A stretch of DNA of 64,000 bases from Ignavibacteriota bacterium (GTDB lineage: Bacteria > Bacteroidota > Ignavibacteria > UBA10030 > UBA6906), in contig CAWDEM010000008.1 in assembly GCA_963801355.1 (NCBI GenBank), forward strand, positions 928,001 to 992,000, written 5' to 3'. Positions 10,423-20,093 of the stretch are shown here, piece by piece. Position 1 is the first letter of the stretch. The number at the start of each line of letters is the position of its first letter. The position numbers were made by a program, and so were the translations under genes. The notes below the pieces were generated by a model. That model had not been told where the DNA came from. It was given only the letters and a program-made list of their open reading frames with translations, and searched no databases.

Positions 10423-12453
10423 TTAGCCCCCGGTTGCGTTCATCATCCATTTGAAGAGAATTTCTACGTCAAGCAGCAGCGACTGGTGCTTCGCGTAGTA
10501 CAGCTCGTACCGCTCGCGTTCATCCCGTGTGAGATTCCTGGCGGAATGGAGTTGCACGAGGCCCGTGATCCCCTGCGGACCGAGATAGGTGCTTTTGAGT
10601 GCGAAGGGGGATGGATGGTCTTCTGCCGTGCCATTCGCGGCTTCCAGAGAGCGTCCGACAAGACTCAGATCGCCTCTCAGCACGCGCGGGAACAGCTCCA
10701 ACGTCTTCGCCGACGGACTCGTCGCCGGGAGCAGGCGTACGACCCGCAGCAGGCGGTCCACCGGGTACACCGTGAGGAGTACCAGACTGGAAATCACCAG
10801 ATCGAAGACCCGTTTCGCAGTCCGGTTGCGAAGCCGGTGGATATTGTAGTCGATATCCACAAGGGGAAGCGTATCCAGATCGTCAATGCGGGTTTTGCCG
10901 ATGATAGATTCAAGACTGGTCGGCACGAGCCGGAAATTCACATTCCGGTTGTTGCTCCGGGCGATCACCGCAAGGATTGCGGTGTACGGGATCTCCTCCG
11001 TGGAGAAAATCAAATCCGTGATACGCCGTTCGTCGACGACCTTGCCCACATTTTCCAGGCTTCCGACGATTTCCACGCCGTTGATCCGGTCACCGATGCG
11101 CGCGCTGCTTGTATCGATGAACCCTTGCACGTCATAGCCATCGTCGACCCGGGCACGCAGGCGCCGGAGCACTTCCTGTGCGGCGGATCCCGTACCCACG
11201 ATCAGTGTGCGGCTTCCAAAAATTCCCTGATTGTGTTTTCCCGTTCCCAGGCGGCCGCCCGCCAAACGCACCAGCACGCGCCATCCCGGAAGCAGGATGA
11301 GAGCCATGCCGCCGGAGATGGCCGCAACCACACGGCTGAAGGCAAACGTCTTCACAAAAAAGACCGTTGCAGCGATCAACACATAGCTGATGATCACCGC
11401 GGCAGCGGAACGGCGGATACTTCCCCGGTGTGTTGCATACACGCCGAGGAACGTACCGACCACCAGCACCGTCGCCGCCGGGATCAACCACATCGCAGGA
11501 TACGCATAGGGGGGAAACCGGAAGAGATGCCCGAAGTAGAGCAACTCAGCACCCACGAGCGTCCCCACCACGAGCACGCCGTCGACCAGCCCGAAGAGAA
11601 GCGGCCGTGCGGACCGGGCAATGAGCGCGGCTGCGCCCCTCAACCAGATGCCCAGCCTGAGGAAGAACCGGCCCACGCGAGACCCGCTGAAGTGTTTCTC
11701 GACAAACAGCTCCATTGCACCGTAGAACACCTCTACTTCGTCAATATTGCTTCTCCGCGTACTCTCCCCTTTGTAGTGCACGATCTGCGTCGAGTGAACG
11801 TACGAAATGCCAAAACCGGCCTGACGGACCCGGAAACACCAATCCAGATCCTCGCCATACATGAAGAAAGACTCATCGAGTCCACCGACCTTTTCGTACA
11901 CGGTTCTCCTGAGCATCATGAAGGAACCGCTGACCGCTTCCACCTCATACGAAGCATCGGGGTCGAGATATGTCAGATTGTAGCGGCCAAACAGGCGCGA
12001 CCCGGGAAACAGCGTACTGAGGCCGGAGACTTTTGTGAACGCAACCCAGGGGGTCGGAAAACTCCTCCTGCACGGAAGCTGGAATGATCCGTCGGGATTC
12101 AGGATTTTGCAGCCCGCAAGGCCTGTCTCCGGGTGGGTGCGGAAAAAGTCCAGCATCACACGGAATGTATCTTCCTGAACTACCGTGTCGGGATTGATCA
12201 GGAGCAGGTACTCCCCCTTCGCAACAGCCAGCGCAAGATTGTTTGCCCGGGCGAACCCCAGATTTTCCGTGTTCGCAATGACGCTCACCGCGGGAAACTT
12301 CTCCCGGACCATGGCCACGCTTCCGTCATCCGAAGCGTTGTCCACCACAATCACCTGTCCGTCGATTCCCTCCAGCGCCCTGAGGACGGATGTCAGCGCG
12401 TTCTCGAGGAATTGCCGGACGTTGTAGTTCACTATGATTACAGAAAGCGTCAT
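10423..12453 (-). CDS. GT2 glycosyltransferase fused to TM, CoA-binding and degenerate phosphoglycosyl-transferase-like domains
   Basis: N-terminal [27 protein letters not shown]; C-terminal KRVFD..GDLSLVG..GITGLVQ. Confidence 0.85.
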   Translation of the reverse strand: MTLSVIIVNYNVRQFLENALTSVLRALEGIDGQVIVVDNASDDGSVAMVREKFPAVSVIANTENLGFARANNLALAVAKGEYLLLINPDTVVQEDTFRVMLDFFRTHPETGLAGCKILNPDGSFQLPCRRSFPTPWVAFTKVSGLSTLFPGSRLFGRYNLTYLDPDASYEVEAVSGSFMMLRRTVYEKVGGLDESFFMYGEDLDWCFRVRQAGFGISYVHSTQIVHYKGESTRRSNIDEVEVFYGAMELFVEKHFSGSRVGRFFLRLGIWLRGAAALIARSARPLLFGLVDGVLVVGTLVGAELLYFGHLFRFPPYAYPAMWLIPAATVLVVGTFLGVYATHRGSIRRSAAAVIISYVLIAATVFFVKTFAFSRVVAAISGGMALILLPGWRVLVRLAGGRLGTGKHNQGIFGSRTLIVGTGSAAQEVLRRLRARVDDGYDVQGFIDTSSARIGDRINGVEIVGSLENVGKVVDERRITDLIFSTEEIPYTAILAVIARSNNRNVNFRLVPTSLESIIGKTRIDDLDTLPLVDIDYNIHRLRNRTAKRVFDLVISSLVLLTVYPVDRLLRVVRLLPATSPSAKTLELFPRVLRGDLSLVGRSLEAANGTAEDHPSPFALKSTYLGPQGITGLVQLHSARNLTRDERERYELYYAKHQSLLLDVEILFKWMMNATGG

Positions 12454-13184
12454 AGCTTGCCGACGAAACTCATTAGACGGAGTTTGAGGAGCATGAAGAA
12501 CGCCTCGTACACGATGGACTTCGACATCTTGGAGGAGCCCGATTGCCTGTCAAGGAACACGATAGGGATTTCCTTCAGGCGGAAACCCTTCCGCCAGGCT
12601 TTGTAGCTCATCTCGATCTGGAACGCATAGCCGTTCGAGCGGATGTTTTCAAGGTCGATCGCTTCGAGCACAGCACGCCGGTAGCATTTAAATCCGCCTG
12701 TTGCATCGTGGAGGGGCAGCCGGAGCAGGAACCGGGTGTAGACATTGGCGAAGAAGCTGAGCAGCAGGCGGTTGATGGGCCAGTTCAGGACGCGCACGCC
12801 GTTTGTATAGCGAGAGCCGACGACGAGATCAGCATCCTGGATTTGTTTCAGGAAGTTCGGGATCTCATTAGGATCATGGGAGAAATCCGCATCCATTTCG
12901 AAGACGTAGTCAAAACCATGTTCGATGGCAAAACGGAAACCGGCGACATAGGCAGTCCCGAGTCCCTGCTTCCCCTGCCTGACGAGCAGGTGCACGCGCG
13001 GATCCTTCTGTGCCATCTCCTGTACCAGTGCCGCGGTACCGTCCGGTGAACCGTCATCGACAACCAGCACATCCAGCGGGCCCTGCCGTAAAATGGCGGG
13101 TATGAGAACGGGGATATTCTCCGCCTCATTGTAGGTAGGCACGACCACAAGCGCACGCGCCTCCTTCGTGTCAGTGGCTGGCAT
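12450..13184 (-). CDS. Polyprenol monophosphomannose synthase (DPM1-like GT2)
   Basis: PTYNEAENI, DDGSPDGT, GLGTAY, EMDADFSHDP, GYAFQIE. Confidence 0.88.
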   Translation of the reverse strand: MPATDTKEARALVVVPTYNEAENIPVLIPAILRQGPLDVLVVDDGSPDGTAALVQEMAQKDPRVHLLVRQGKQGLGTAYVAGFRFAIEHGFDYVFEMDADFSHDPNEIPNFLKQIQDADLVVGSRYTNGVRVLNWPINRLLLSFFANVYTRFLLRLPLHDATGGFKCYRRAVLEAIDLENIRSNGYAFQIEMSYKAWRKGFRLKEIPIVFLDRQSGSSKMSKSIVYEAFFMLLKLRLMSFVGKL

Positions 13185-14277
13185 AGAATCCCTTGATTGC
13201 ATCGGTGATGTATGTGAGTTGATCTTCCTGCAACTCTGTGTGCATCGGGAGCGAGAGCACTTCTGTTGTTGCCTTTTCCGTCACCGGGAAATCGCCCTTT
13301 GTGTTGCCCGCCATTGCGAATGCCTGCTGCAGATGGAGGGGGACGGGATAATAGACAGCGTGGGGGATCTCCTTCTGCTTGAGATGGGAAGCGAGTTCGT
13401 CCCGGCGTGGGACCCGGATCGTGTACTGGTGATAGATGTGGAACGCCCCCGGCAACACGAATGGAGTAACGGCCGGGGTTCCCTGCAGCAGGGTGTTGTA
13501 GCGTTCCGCCGCTTTCCGACGGGCCGCATTCCACCGGTCGAGATGGGCGCACTTCACTCCCAGGATCGCCGCCTGGATTGTGTCGAGCCTGCTGTTGATG
13601 CCGAGCACCTCGTGGTAGTAGCGGACGCGCGAGCCGTGCGCCGCGATGATGCGCATCCTGGCCGCAAGGTCCTTATCGTCGGTGACCACCATCCCGCCGT
13701 CGCCGAACGCGCCCAGGTTTTTGCTCGGGAAGAAGCTGATGCACCCCACGTCGCCGAATGTGCAGACCTTCTGACCCCGGTACGAGGCCCCTAGTGCCTG
13801 CGCCGAATCTTCGATCACCTTGATGCCGCGGCGCCGTGCGATCTCCATGATAACGTCCATCGCGGCGGGCTGTCCATAGAGGTGCACGGGAATAATTGCG
13901 CGAGTCCTGGGTGTAATCGCGCGTTCGATCAGGTGCGGGTCGATATTGAAAGTCCGGGGATCGATATCCACGTACACCGGTTTTGCGCCGAGCAGCCCGA
14001 TGACTTCGGCGGTGGCGACAAACGTGAATGGCGTGGTGATCACCTCGTCGCCGGGTCCGATGCCCATCGCCATGAGGGCAATTTGTAGTGCGTCGGTGCC
14101 TGACGCGCAGCCCACAGCCTCACCGGTTCCCAGATACGCCACAATCTGCCGCTCGAATTCCCCCACCTCCTTGCCCTGGATAAACTGGCCTGATTCCAGC
14201 ACCCGGTGGATTGCGGCGTCCACATCGGCTTTGATGATCTGATACTGCCCTAATACATCAACCATTTGGAGTTTCAT
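13171..14277 (-). CDS. DegT/DnrJ/EryC1/StrS sugar aminotransferase
   Basis: SGTDAL, PVHLYGQ, IEDSAQA, SFFPSKNLGAFGDGG (PLP lysine), NSRLD. Confidence 0.93.
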   Translation of the reverse strand: MKLQMVDVLGQYQIIKADVDAAIHRVLESGQFIQGKEVGEFERQIVAYLGTGEAVGCASGTDALQIALMAMGIGPGDEVITTPFTFVATAEVIGLLGAKPVYVDIDPRTFNIDPHLIERAITPRTRAIIPVHLYGQPAAMDVIMEIARRRGIKVIEDSAQALGASYRGQKVCTFGDVGCISFFPSKNLGAFGDGGMVVTDDKDLAARMRIIAAHGSRVRYYHEVLGINSRLDTIQAAILGVKCAHLDRWNAARRKAAERYNTLLQGTPAVTPFVLPGAFHIYHQYTIRVPRRDELASHLKQKEIPHAVYYPVPLHLQQAFAMAGNTKGDFPVTEKATTEVLSLPMHTELQEDQLTYITDAIKGFYASH

Positions 14278-14376
14278 GGAAGTTCCTTTTTATTACCGCC
14301 CCTTAAGTCAGGCAAAAAAGCCTGAGGAAAAACCCAGACTTAAAAGTCAGACTTTAAAGTCAGGGAAGTTCCTTTT
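14278..14376. repeat. AAGTCAG[G/A]CTT-type repeat insert flanked by a 13-bp direct repeat
   Basis: GGAAGTTCCTTTT at 14278-14290 and 14364-14376. The interior has aagtcaggc..gcctga and agacttaaaagtcagactttaaagtcag. Confidence 0.7.
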
Positions 14377-14380
14377 CTTT

Positions 14381-15787
14381 TCACCGGCCTTTGCCCAGGA
14401 GCATATGCGACACGGTGTTAAACAAAATCTTCAAATCCATCCGGAGCGACATGTTTTCGATGTAGAACAGGTCATATTGCACCTTTTTGCGCACGTCGTC
14501 GATGGACTCGTCGTACTTGTGTTTCACCTGCGCCCATCCGGTGATGCCGGGGCGGACCTTGAGCCGCCGGGGGTACAGAGGAATTTCACGCGACAGCTGA
14601 TCGACGAACATCGGCCGTTCGGGCCGCGGTCCGACGAGGCTCATGTGCCCGGAGAGTACGTTCCAGAGCTGGGGGATTTCATCCAGATGGAGTTTCCGGA
14701 TCAACCAGCCGATGCGGGTGATCCTGGGATCCCGCCTGTGCGACCATACGGGCCCGGCACGTTCCGCGTGATCAACCATGGATCGGAATTTGATAATATT
14801 GAAGTGTTCCCCGTCCTTGCCCACGCGTTCCTGCTTGTACAGCACCGGTCCGGGGGTTTCGATTTTGATTGCCGCTGCAACCAGCAGCCAGAGAGGGAGT
14901 CCCACAATCAGCGCAATCGCCGAGACCGCGACATCAAGGAGTCTCTTGGTGGCCTCCTCCCATGCGGGCATGAGCACCGGAGAGATCTCGATCAGCGGGA
15001 ACCCATAAATCTGGTTCGTGCGGGCCTGACCGCTGATAATATCGTACAGGTCCGGCACGATCTTCAACCCCACGGGATGCCCGCTGCAGCGCGCAATGAT
15101 GTCAAGCAGGCGCGCATGGTCCTTGGAGTCAAGCGCAATGAGCACTTCGCGGACACCGTTCTCCCTGATCAGGGCGGAAAGGTCTTCCAGGGAGCCCAGC
15201 GTCTTCAGTCCGCGTTCACGTGTTGCAGGCTTTTTCTTGTCCGGTTTGTCGATACGCACCCCGCCAAGAACACGGTAGCCGAGCGCAGGGTACTTCGACA
15301 CTTCATCATACAGTTCGCGTGACCGGACCTGGGAACCCACGATCAGCGTGTTATGGGAACCGATACCCGCGATCAACATCCGGCGCTGGATGCTGCGCAG
15401 GAGCAAGCGTCCGGCAACAACGCAGACAAACAGGAACCCCCAATAGACCCCGATGAGCAGACGCGAATTGGTGCCCGGTGGAGTTCCCGCATCGTCCATG
15501 AAAATGGCGAAAAAGAGAATCACCGATCCAAGCACGAGTGTCTTGAACAGCAGCGCAACTTCATCGAAGCGTGATTTGGCATACCAGGGACGATACAGGC
15601 CGACAACGAAAAAGAGCAGCAGCCAGAAGAGGGTCACCACGATCATGGGCAAAAAGTAATCCGGTTCCGCACTGACGATAAGCCAGCCGCTCCGGACGCG
15701 GAAGAGAAAGTACAGCGACCATCCCAGCGAAATGGTGATGATGTCGACCAGGAGCAGCACCAGCTTTTCGTGTCGCGTGGTGATCAT
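14381..15787 (-). CDS. Initiating undecaprenyl-phosphate sugar phosphotransferase (WcaJ/WbaP-like)
   Basis: KRLLD, KFRSM, DPRIT, LDEIPQLWNV..MSLVGPRPE, PGITGWAQ, DLFYI. Confidence 0.93.
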   Translation of the reverse strand: MITTRHEKLVLLLVDIITISLGWSLYFLFRVRSGWLIVSAEPDYFLPMIVVTLFWLLLFFVVGLYRPWYAKSRFDEVALLFKTLVLGSVILFFAIFMDDAGTPPGTNSRLLIGVYWGFLFVCVVAGRLLLRSIQRRMLIAGIGSHNTLIVGSQVRSRELYDEVSKYPALGYRVLGGVRIDKPDKKKPATRERGLKTLGSLEDLSALIRENGVREVLIALDSKDHARLLDIIARCSGHPVGLKIVPDLYDIISGQARTNQIYGFPLIEISPVLMPAWEEATKRLLDVAVSAIALIVGLPLWLLVAAAIKIETPGPVLYKQERVGKDGEHFNIIKFRSMVDHAERAGPVWSHRRDPRITRIGWLIRKLHLDEIPQLWNVLSGHMSLVGPRPERPMFVDQLSREIPLYPRRLKVRPGITGWAQVKHKYDESIDDVRKKVQYDLFYIENMSLRMDLKILFNTVSHMLLGKGR

Positions 15788-16941
15788 GCGTTCATCTTTT
15801 CCTGATCGCCTGCCAGCAGGCGCGTATAGACATCCAGGATGCGGTCGACCATTCTCCCGGCGGTGAATTCCTCCAGCGCGCGTTCTTCCGCCTGCCGCCC
15901 CAGGCGTTCCCGCAGTCCATCGTCATGGAGAATTTCGCGCATGGCTCGTGCCAGCGCATCAGCGTCTCGTGGCGGGACAGTCAGACCGGTCACTCCATGG
16001 CGGTTGACGAACGTGGTGCCCGTGTTGATCTGTGTGGAGATGACGGGTTTCCCCGACGCCATCGCCTCGATCTGCACCAGCCCGTAGGCCTCACTCCGCT
16101 CGGTGGAGGGGAGGACAAACAGATCACACGCTTCATAGTAGGCATGTAGTTCCTCATCTTCAAGATGAGGCAGCAACGATACCCGGCCGGCCAGTCCCAG
16201 CGCGGCAATCTGCGCTTCCAGTTTTCCCTGGAGTGGGCCGGACCCGATGATCGCCAATCTGGCTTCGGGGAGTTTCGCCATTGCCTCGACCAGGTACTGC
16301 ATGCCTTTGTAGTAGACCAGCCGGCCCACACAGAGGACAAGCGGTGTACCCAGCCGGCGACGGATCTCAGCAACGCGGGGCAGGCGCGGTGTCCGGTCGC
16401 GTGTCCAATCCAGCGGCACACCCAGCGGCACCACCTCGCAGCGGTGGCTATAGGGACGCAGAAAATCCGAGTTTTCCAGCAACGCAGGGGCGCTCACGAG
16501 GATGCGGTCGACCTGCGGGAGGAAGCGTTCGATGAACGGACGGTAGACCGTGAGAGCCCATTTCTGGCGCACGATATCTGAATGCCAGGTCACGACAATC
16601 CGCTTGAACTGCCGCCTGATGCGGGGAAACAACGCCACCGAAAGGTCGACCAGCGGAAACGGCTCATGCACGTGAAGGATGTCACCGTGCAGGCTCGCAA
16701 GGTGTGGCAGATAGTTGGGACTGATAGGGAGAGAAGCGATGGAACCCCAGCGGGGCATGTAGGTGACCTTCACGCCGTTGATCACATTGGTTTCGGTCGC
16801 CAGCGTCCGGCGCGCGTTGCACACCAGTGCCTCCACACTCAACCCTGCCCTTTTGCTCAAACCCTCCGCGAGGACTGTTACGGTTGTTTCCACTCCGCCA
16901 ATTACGGGAGCATATGCCTTATTTGTCTGCAGAATCTTCAT
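15784..16941 (-). CDS. GT4 glycosyltransferase
   Basis: GRLVYYKG, PSTERSEAYGLVQIEAMASGKP. Confidence 0.9.
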   Translation of the reverse strand: MKILQTNKAYAPVIGGVETTVTVLAEGLSKRAGLSVEALVCNARRTLATETNVINGVKVTYMPRWGSIASLPISPNYLPHLASLHGDILHVHEPFPLVDLSVALFPRIRRQFKRIVVTWHSDIVRQKWALTVYRPFIERFLPQVDRILVSAPALLENSDFLRPYSHRCEVVPLGVPLDWTRDRTPRLPRVAEIRRRLGTPLVLCVGRLVYYKGMQYLVEAMAKLPEARLAIIGSGPLQGKLEAQIAALGLAGRVSLLPHLEDEELHAYYEACDLFVLPSTERSEAYGLVQIEAMASGKPVISTQINTGTTFVNRHGVTGLTVPPRDADALARAMREILHDDGLRERLGRQAEERALEEFTAGRMVDRILDVYTRLLAGDQEKMNA

Positions 16942-18074
16942 GATGGCGTGCGTGCTCTTCCGGCGACAGACTCTTCATAGATCTTCAGCGTCGCTTCCGC
17001 CGTGGTTTTCCACGGAAAGTGCTCAGCCCGCGATCTTCCCCGCCGTCCGAGCTCCAATCGCAAACGGTCGTCAGTACAGAGCGTCGTGATGGCCCGGGCG
17101 ATGTCTGCGGGGTCGCGGGGCTTGATGTACAACACGGCGTCCCCGCCAAGCTCGGGCAGAGACGCGGCGCCCGATGTAATCACGGGGACTCCGGCGGCCA
17201 TAGCTTCCAGAACCGGGAAGCCAAAACCTTCATACAGCGAAGGATAGACGAACGCTGCTGCAGCGGCCATGAGTCCTGCAACCGTGCTGTCATCCAGATA
17301 GCCCAGCAGATGGATTCCTTCGGCGGCGAGTTTCTCCACCGTACCGTACGATTCGGCAAATCCCCTGGGGTTGTCGCCCACGATCCCGAGTTGCAGTCCG
17401 GGAATCCCGGCACGTGCGAGCCGGACTGCTTCAATCAGGGTGCCCGTGTTCTTGTGCGGCTTGAAGTTGGTCACGGTCAAGAGCAACGGCCGGCGCAACC
17501 GCAGCCGGGCCAGCAGTGCCTCATCGACGTAGGGCTCGCGATACTTCACGTGATCGATTCCCAGGTATACCATCCGCAGACGCGAGGGATCCGTGCCCAG
17601 GTGCTCGATCATATCGCGCCGTGTATGTTCCGACGACACGATCACCGCGGTCGACTTTCGCACTCCCGCACGCACAAGCAGAGAGAGGTAGGCCGACGAA
17701 ACGGTGTTGCGCAGACCGCCCCTGCCGAAACTCCACGGACTGAGGAGCGGCAGTATGTCATGCACAGTCATCACCGCCGGTCCCCGGTACGCCACGGGCA
17801 GGGAAAAGTGGAGGGCGTGGAATACGTCCAGGTGCAGCGGCGCGAGCAGCCGCGGGAGCGTGATCTGCCCGCGGATGTCGAACCGGCCCTCGCGGACCAC
17901 GATTTCTCTGAATCGCTCGTCATACACAAACGACATGTGCGTCAGGGGGTTTTTCAGAACGACAAATTCATGCGCGTCGTCCCGTCGCGCATACTCCCTC
18001 AAGAGCTCCGCCGCGTACCGGCCGATGCCGTCGGTGACCTTCATCGCTCCCCGTGCATCAATGCCGATGCGCAT
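16938..18074 (-). CDS. GT4 glycosyltransferase (MtfB/WbpY-like)
   Basis: MRIGIDAR start, GIGRY, PHKN, PSLYEGFGFPVLEAMAAG. Confidence 0.9.
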   Translation of the reverse strand: MRIGIDARGAMKVTDGIGRYAAELLREYARRDDAHEFVVLKNPLTHMSFVYDERFREIVVREGRFDIRGQITLPRLLAPLHLDVFHALHFSLPVAYRGPAVMTVHDILPLLSPWSFGRGGLRNTVSSAYLSLLVRAGVRKSTAVIVSSEHTRRDMIEHLGTDPSRLRMVYLGIDHVKYREPYVDEALLARLRLRRPLLLTVTNFKPHKNTGTLIEAVRLARAGIPGLQLGIVGDNPRGFAESYGTVEKLAAEGIHLLGYLDDSTVAGLMAAAAAFVYPSLYEGFGFPVLEAMAAGVPVITSGAASLPELGGDAVLYIKPRDPADIARAITTLCTDDRLRLELGRRGRSRAEHFPWKTTAEATLKIYEESVAGRARTPS

Positions 18075-19305
18075 CGCCACTCCCTGTCCCGCGGTCACCG
18101 GTGAGTTCACCACACCGGGCGATGATTTTCCCGAGGTTTGTGTCCGCATTAAATTCCAATTCTGTCTTCCGCCTCCCCGCGCGTCCGAGAGCTTCGCACA
18201 GCGGCGCATCTGCAAGGAGCCGCACAACCGCGTCGGCCAGCGCTTCCACGTTGCCCCGTTCGACGAGGAGTCCGTTTACCTCATGCTGGATCAAATCCTC
18301 CATATGCGGAGAGCGGAATGCCACCACGGGTTTGCCAAAACCCCAGGCTTCGATCACCGGACGCGAAAAGTGGCTTTCCATCAAGGGCGCCACAAGCAGG
18401 TCCGACGCCTCGAGCAACTCAAGCGCACTGGTGATTTCGCCCAGGTAGCGAAGCCCTCCGGAGTGTTCGAGGTCCTTCATGAGTTTCATGCACGTGTCAT
18501 GGTACGCGCGCCTTTCGGGGTTGTCGCTCATCCGTGCACTTCCCGCCAGGGCGAGGAACGCCTCTGGACGGCGCTGGAGGATCAGGGCTCCCGCCGTCAG
18601 GAATTCCCGGGTGCCTTTGATATCCAGAATGCCTCCGATCATCGTGACTACTTTCCGGCCGGCAGGCAGTCCCAGGCGGCACATCACATCGGCCACTACT
18701 GTATCACGGTTGCCCGAAACCGGAAAGAACTCGCCTGCCACCACGATCTTTTCACGGTCGGCGGGTCCCGGATGGAGCTGGTCGGCCTCACTTCGTGTGA
18801 TCGCGAAGATCGCATCGTTCCACTTGAGCACCCAGCTTCGCATGAGCCTGCGGCGCAGACCGAACAGGCCGGAAAGCATCTGGCTTCGTATGTGGACCAC
18901 TGCAGGGACGTGGCATACGCGCGCGGCCAGTGACGCCTGCACGACGCTGTATTCGTTGAGATAGACCAGATCTGGTTTGATGGTGCGAATAGCCCGTCGG
19001 ACGACGAAAAACCCGGCGACGAATTTCACAAGATCCTTCAGGATATTCTTCATTCCAGCGAACGACAGGGGGGAAGCGGTGTACATAAAATGGAAGCACA
19101 TCGTCACCGTCGTGAAGCGGCCCCATCGTCCATCGAGAAGTGTCGCCGAGGAGCGGAGAACCGTCTTCGTCCATTCCTCCTGCTTCCAGGTAAGCACCGC
19201 GACCTCATACCCTGCCTTCTTGAAACCCTGCGCCAGATACTCAAGGCTCACGGTTGCGCCGTTCCGTTCCTGATCCTCATCGATAAAAAGGACGCGGCGG
19301 CTCAT
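18058..19305 (-). CDS. GT4 glycosyltransferase
   Basis: GT-B pattern: IKGTREF; HFSRPVIEAWGFGKPVV (variant EX7E). Confidence 0.8.
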   Translation of the reverse strand: MSRRVLFIDEDQERNGATVSLEYLAQGFKKAGYEVAVLTWKQEEWTKTVLRSSATLLDGRWGRFTTVTMCFHFMYTASPLSFAGMKNILKDLVKFVAGFFVVRRAIRTIKPDLVYLNEYSVVQASLAARVCHVPAVVHIRSQMLSGLFGLRRRLMRSWVLKWNDAIFAITRSEADQLHPGPADREKIVVAGEFFPVSGNRDTVVADVMCRLGLPAGRKVVTMIGGILDIKGTREFLTAGALILQRRPEAFLALAGSARMSDNPERRAYHDTCMKLMKDLEHSGGLRYLGEITSALELLEASDLLVAPLMESHFSRPVIEAWGFGKPVVAFRSPHMEDLIQHEVNGLLVERGNVEALADAVVRLLADAPLCEALGRAGRRKTELEFNADTNLGKIIARCGELTGDRGTGSGDAHRH

Positions 19306-20084
19306 GCACTCTTTGCTCGCTTTCCCGTTCCGCGGATCACTCCATGCAGTTTCCTGATCCAGGCAAACGAGAGCGCGTACTTGGCTGTGAGAAACCGGAG
19401 AATCCGTGGGGTCAAGCGGACCTTGTTTTTTCTGTACACTGCCAGGATCTCCAGGGCCTGGCGCCGCCTCATCGAGACACTTTTGTTCTCGTCATAGTAC
19501 CGGTAGCAGCTTATCGTCATCGGGAGGTAGTGGAACTGATATTTCCGGGCGGCACGAAGAAAGAAGTCAAAATCCATCACCAGGTGCAGGCTTTCATCGA
19601 CACCTCCCTGTTCTTCCACAAGCTTTTTGCGCCAAAAGAAACTGGGCTCGCGGACGATATCGGGGCACTCCGTCAGACTCCTGTAGTTGATTGTATCGCC
19701 GGTGTAGCTGTAGAGCTTCTTGCCTTCCTTGTCCACGAACGTAATATCACCGTACAGCACCATGCACTCCGGGTGTTTGGCAAAGTGCCAGGCAACGGCG
19801 CCGAGCACATTTGGTTCATACCAGTCGTCGGAATTGAGACACGCAACGATTTCACCTGTGGCTTTCCGGAACCCCTTATTGATGGCGTCACTCTGTCCCC
19901 GGTCCTTTTCCGACACCGATTTCAGGTGCGGATACCGGGCGAGTATCTCGCGCGTGTTGTCCGTCGACCCCCCATCCATCACCAGGTGTTCAATGTCGTC
20001 GTGGTCCTGCGCAAGGACAGACCGGATGGTTTGTTCAATGAACATGCCCTGGTTGTACGATGTGGTAATGATTGAGATTCTCAT
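19302..20084 (-). CDS. GT2 glycosyltransferase
   Basis: TTSYNQ, DGGSTD, GQSDAINKG, LNSDD, MDFD. Confidence 0.9.
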   Translation of the reverse strand: MRISIITTSYNQGMFIEQTIRSVLAQDHDDIEHLVMDGGSTDNTREILARYPHLKSVSEKDRGQSDAINKGFRKATGEIVACLNSDDWYEPNVLGAVAWHFAKHPECMVLYGDITFVDKEGKKLYSYTGDTINYRSLTECPDIVREPSFFWRKKLVEEQGGVDESLHLVMDFDFFLRAARKYQFHYLPMTISCYRYYDENKSVSMRRRQALEILAVYRKNKVRLTPRILRFLTAKYALSFAWIRKLHGVIRGTGKRAKSA

Positions 20085-20093
20085 GCCGGTTTC

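Noticed and set aside
10327-12087. Long antisense ORFs (586 aa here; also 17704-18933, 32572-33522, 56839-58239 and others)
   Set aside because: They are shadows of well-supported genes in GC-rich DNA and carry no recognisable motifs.
14293-14300. Second ops-like GGCGGTAA
   Set aside because: It misses the conserved G8 and the downstream pause positions, and lies inside the repeat insert; likely chance.
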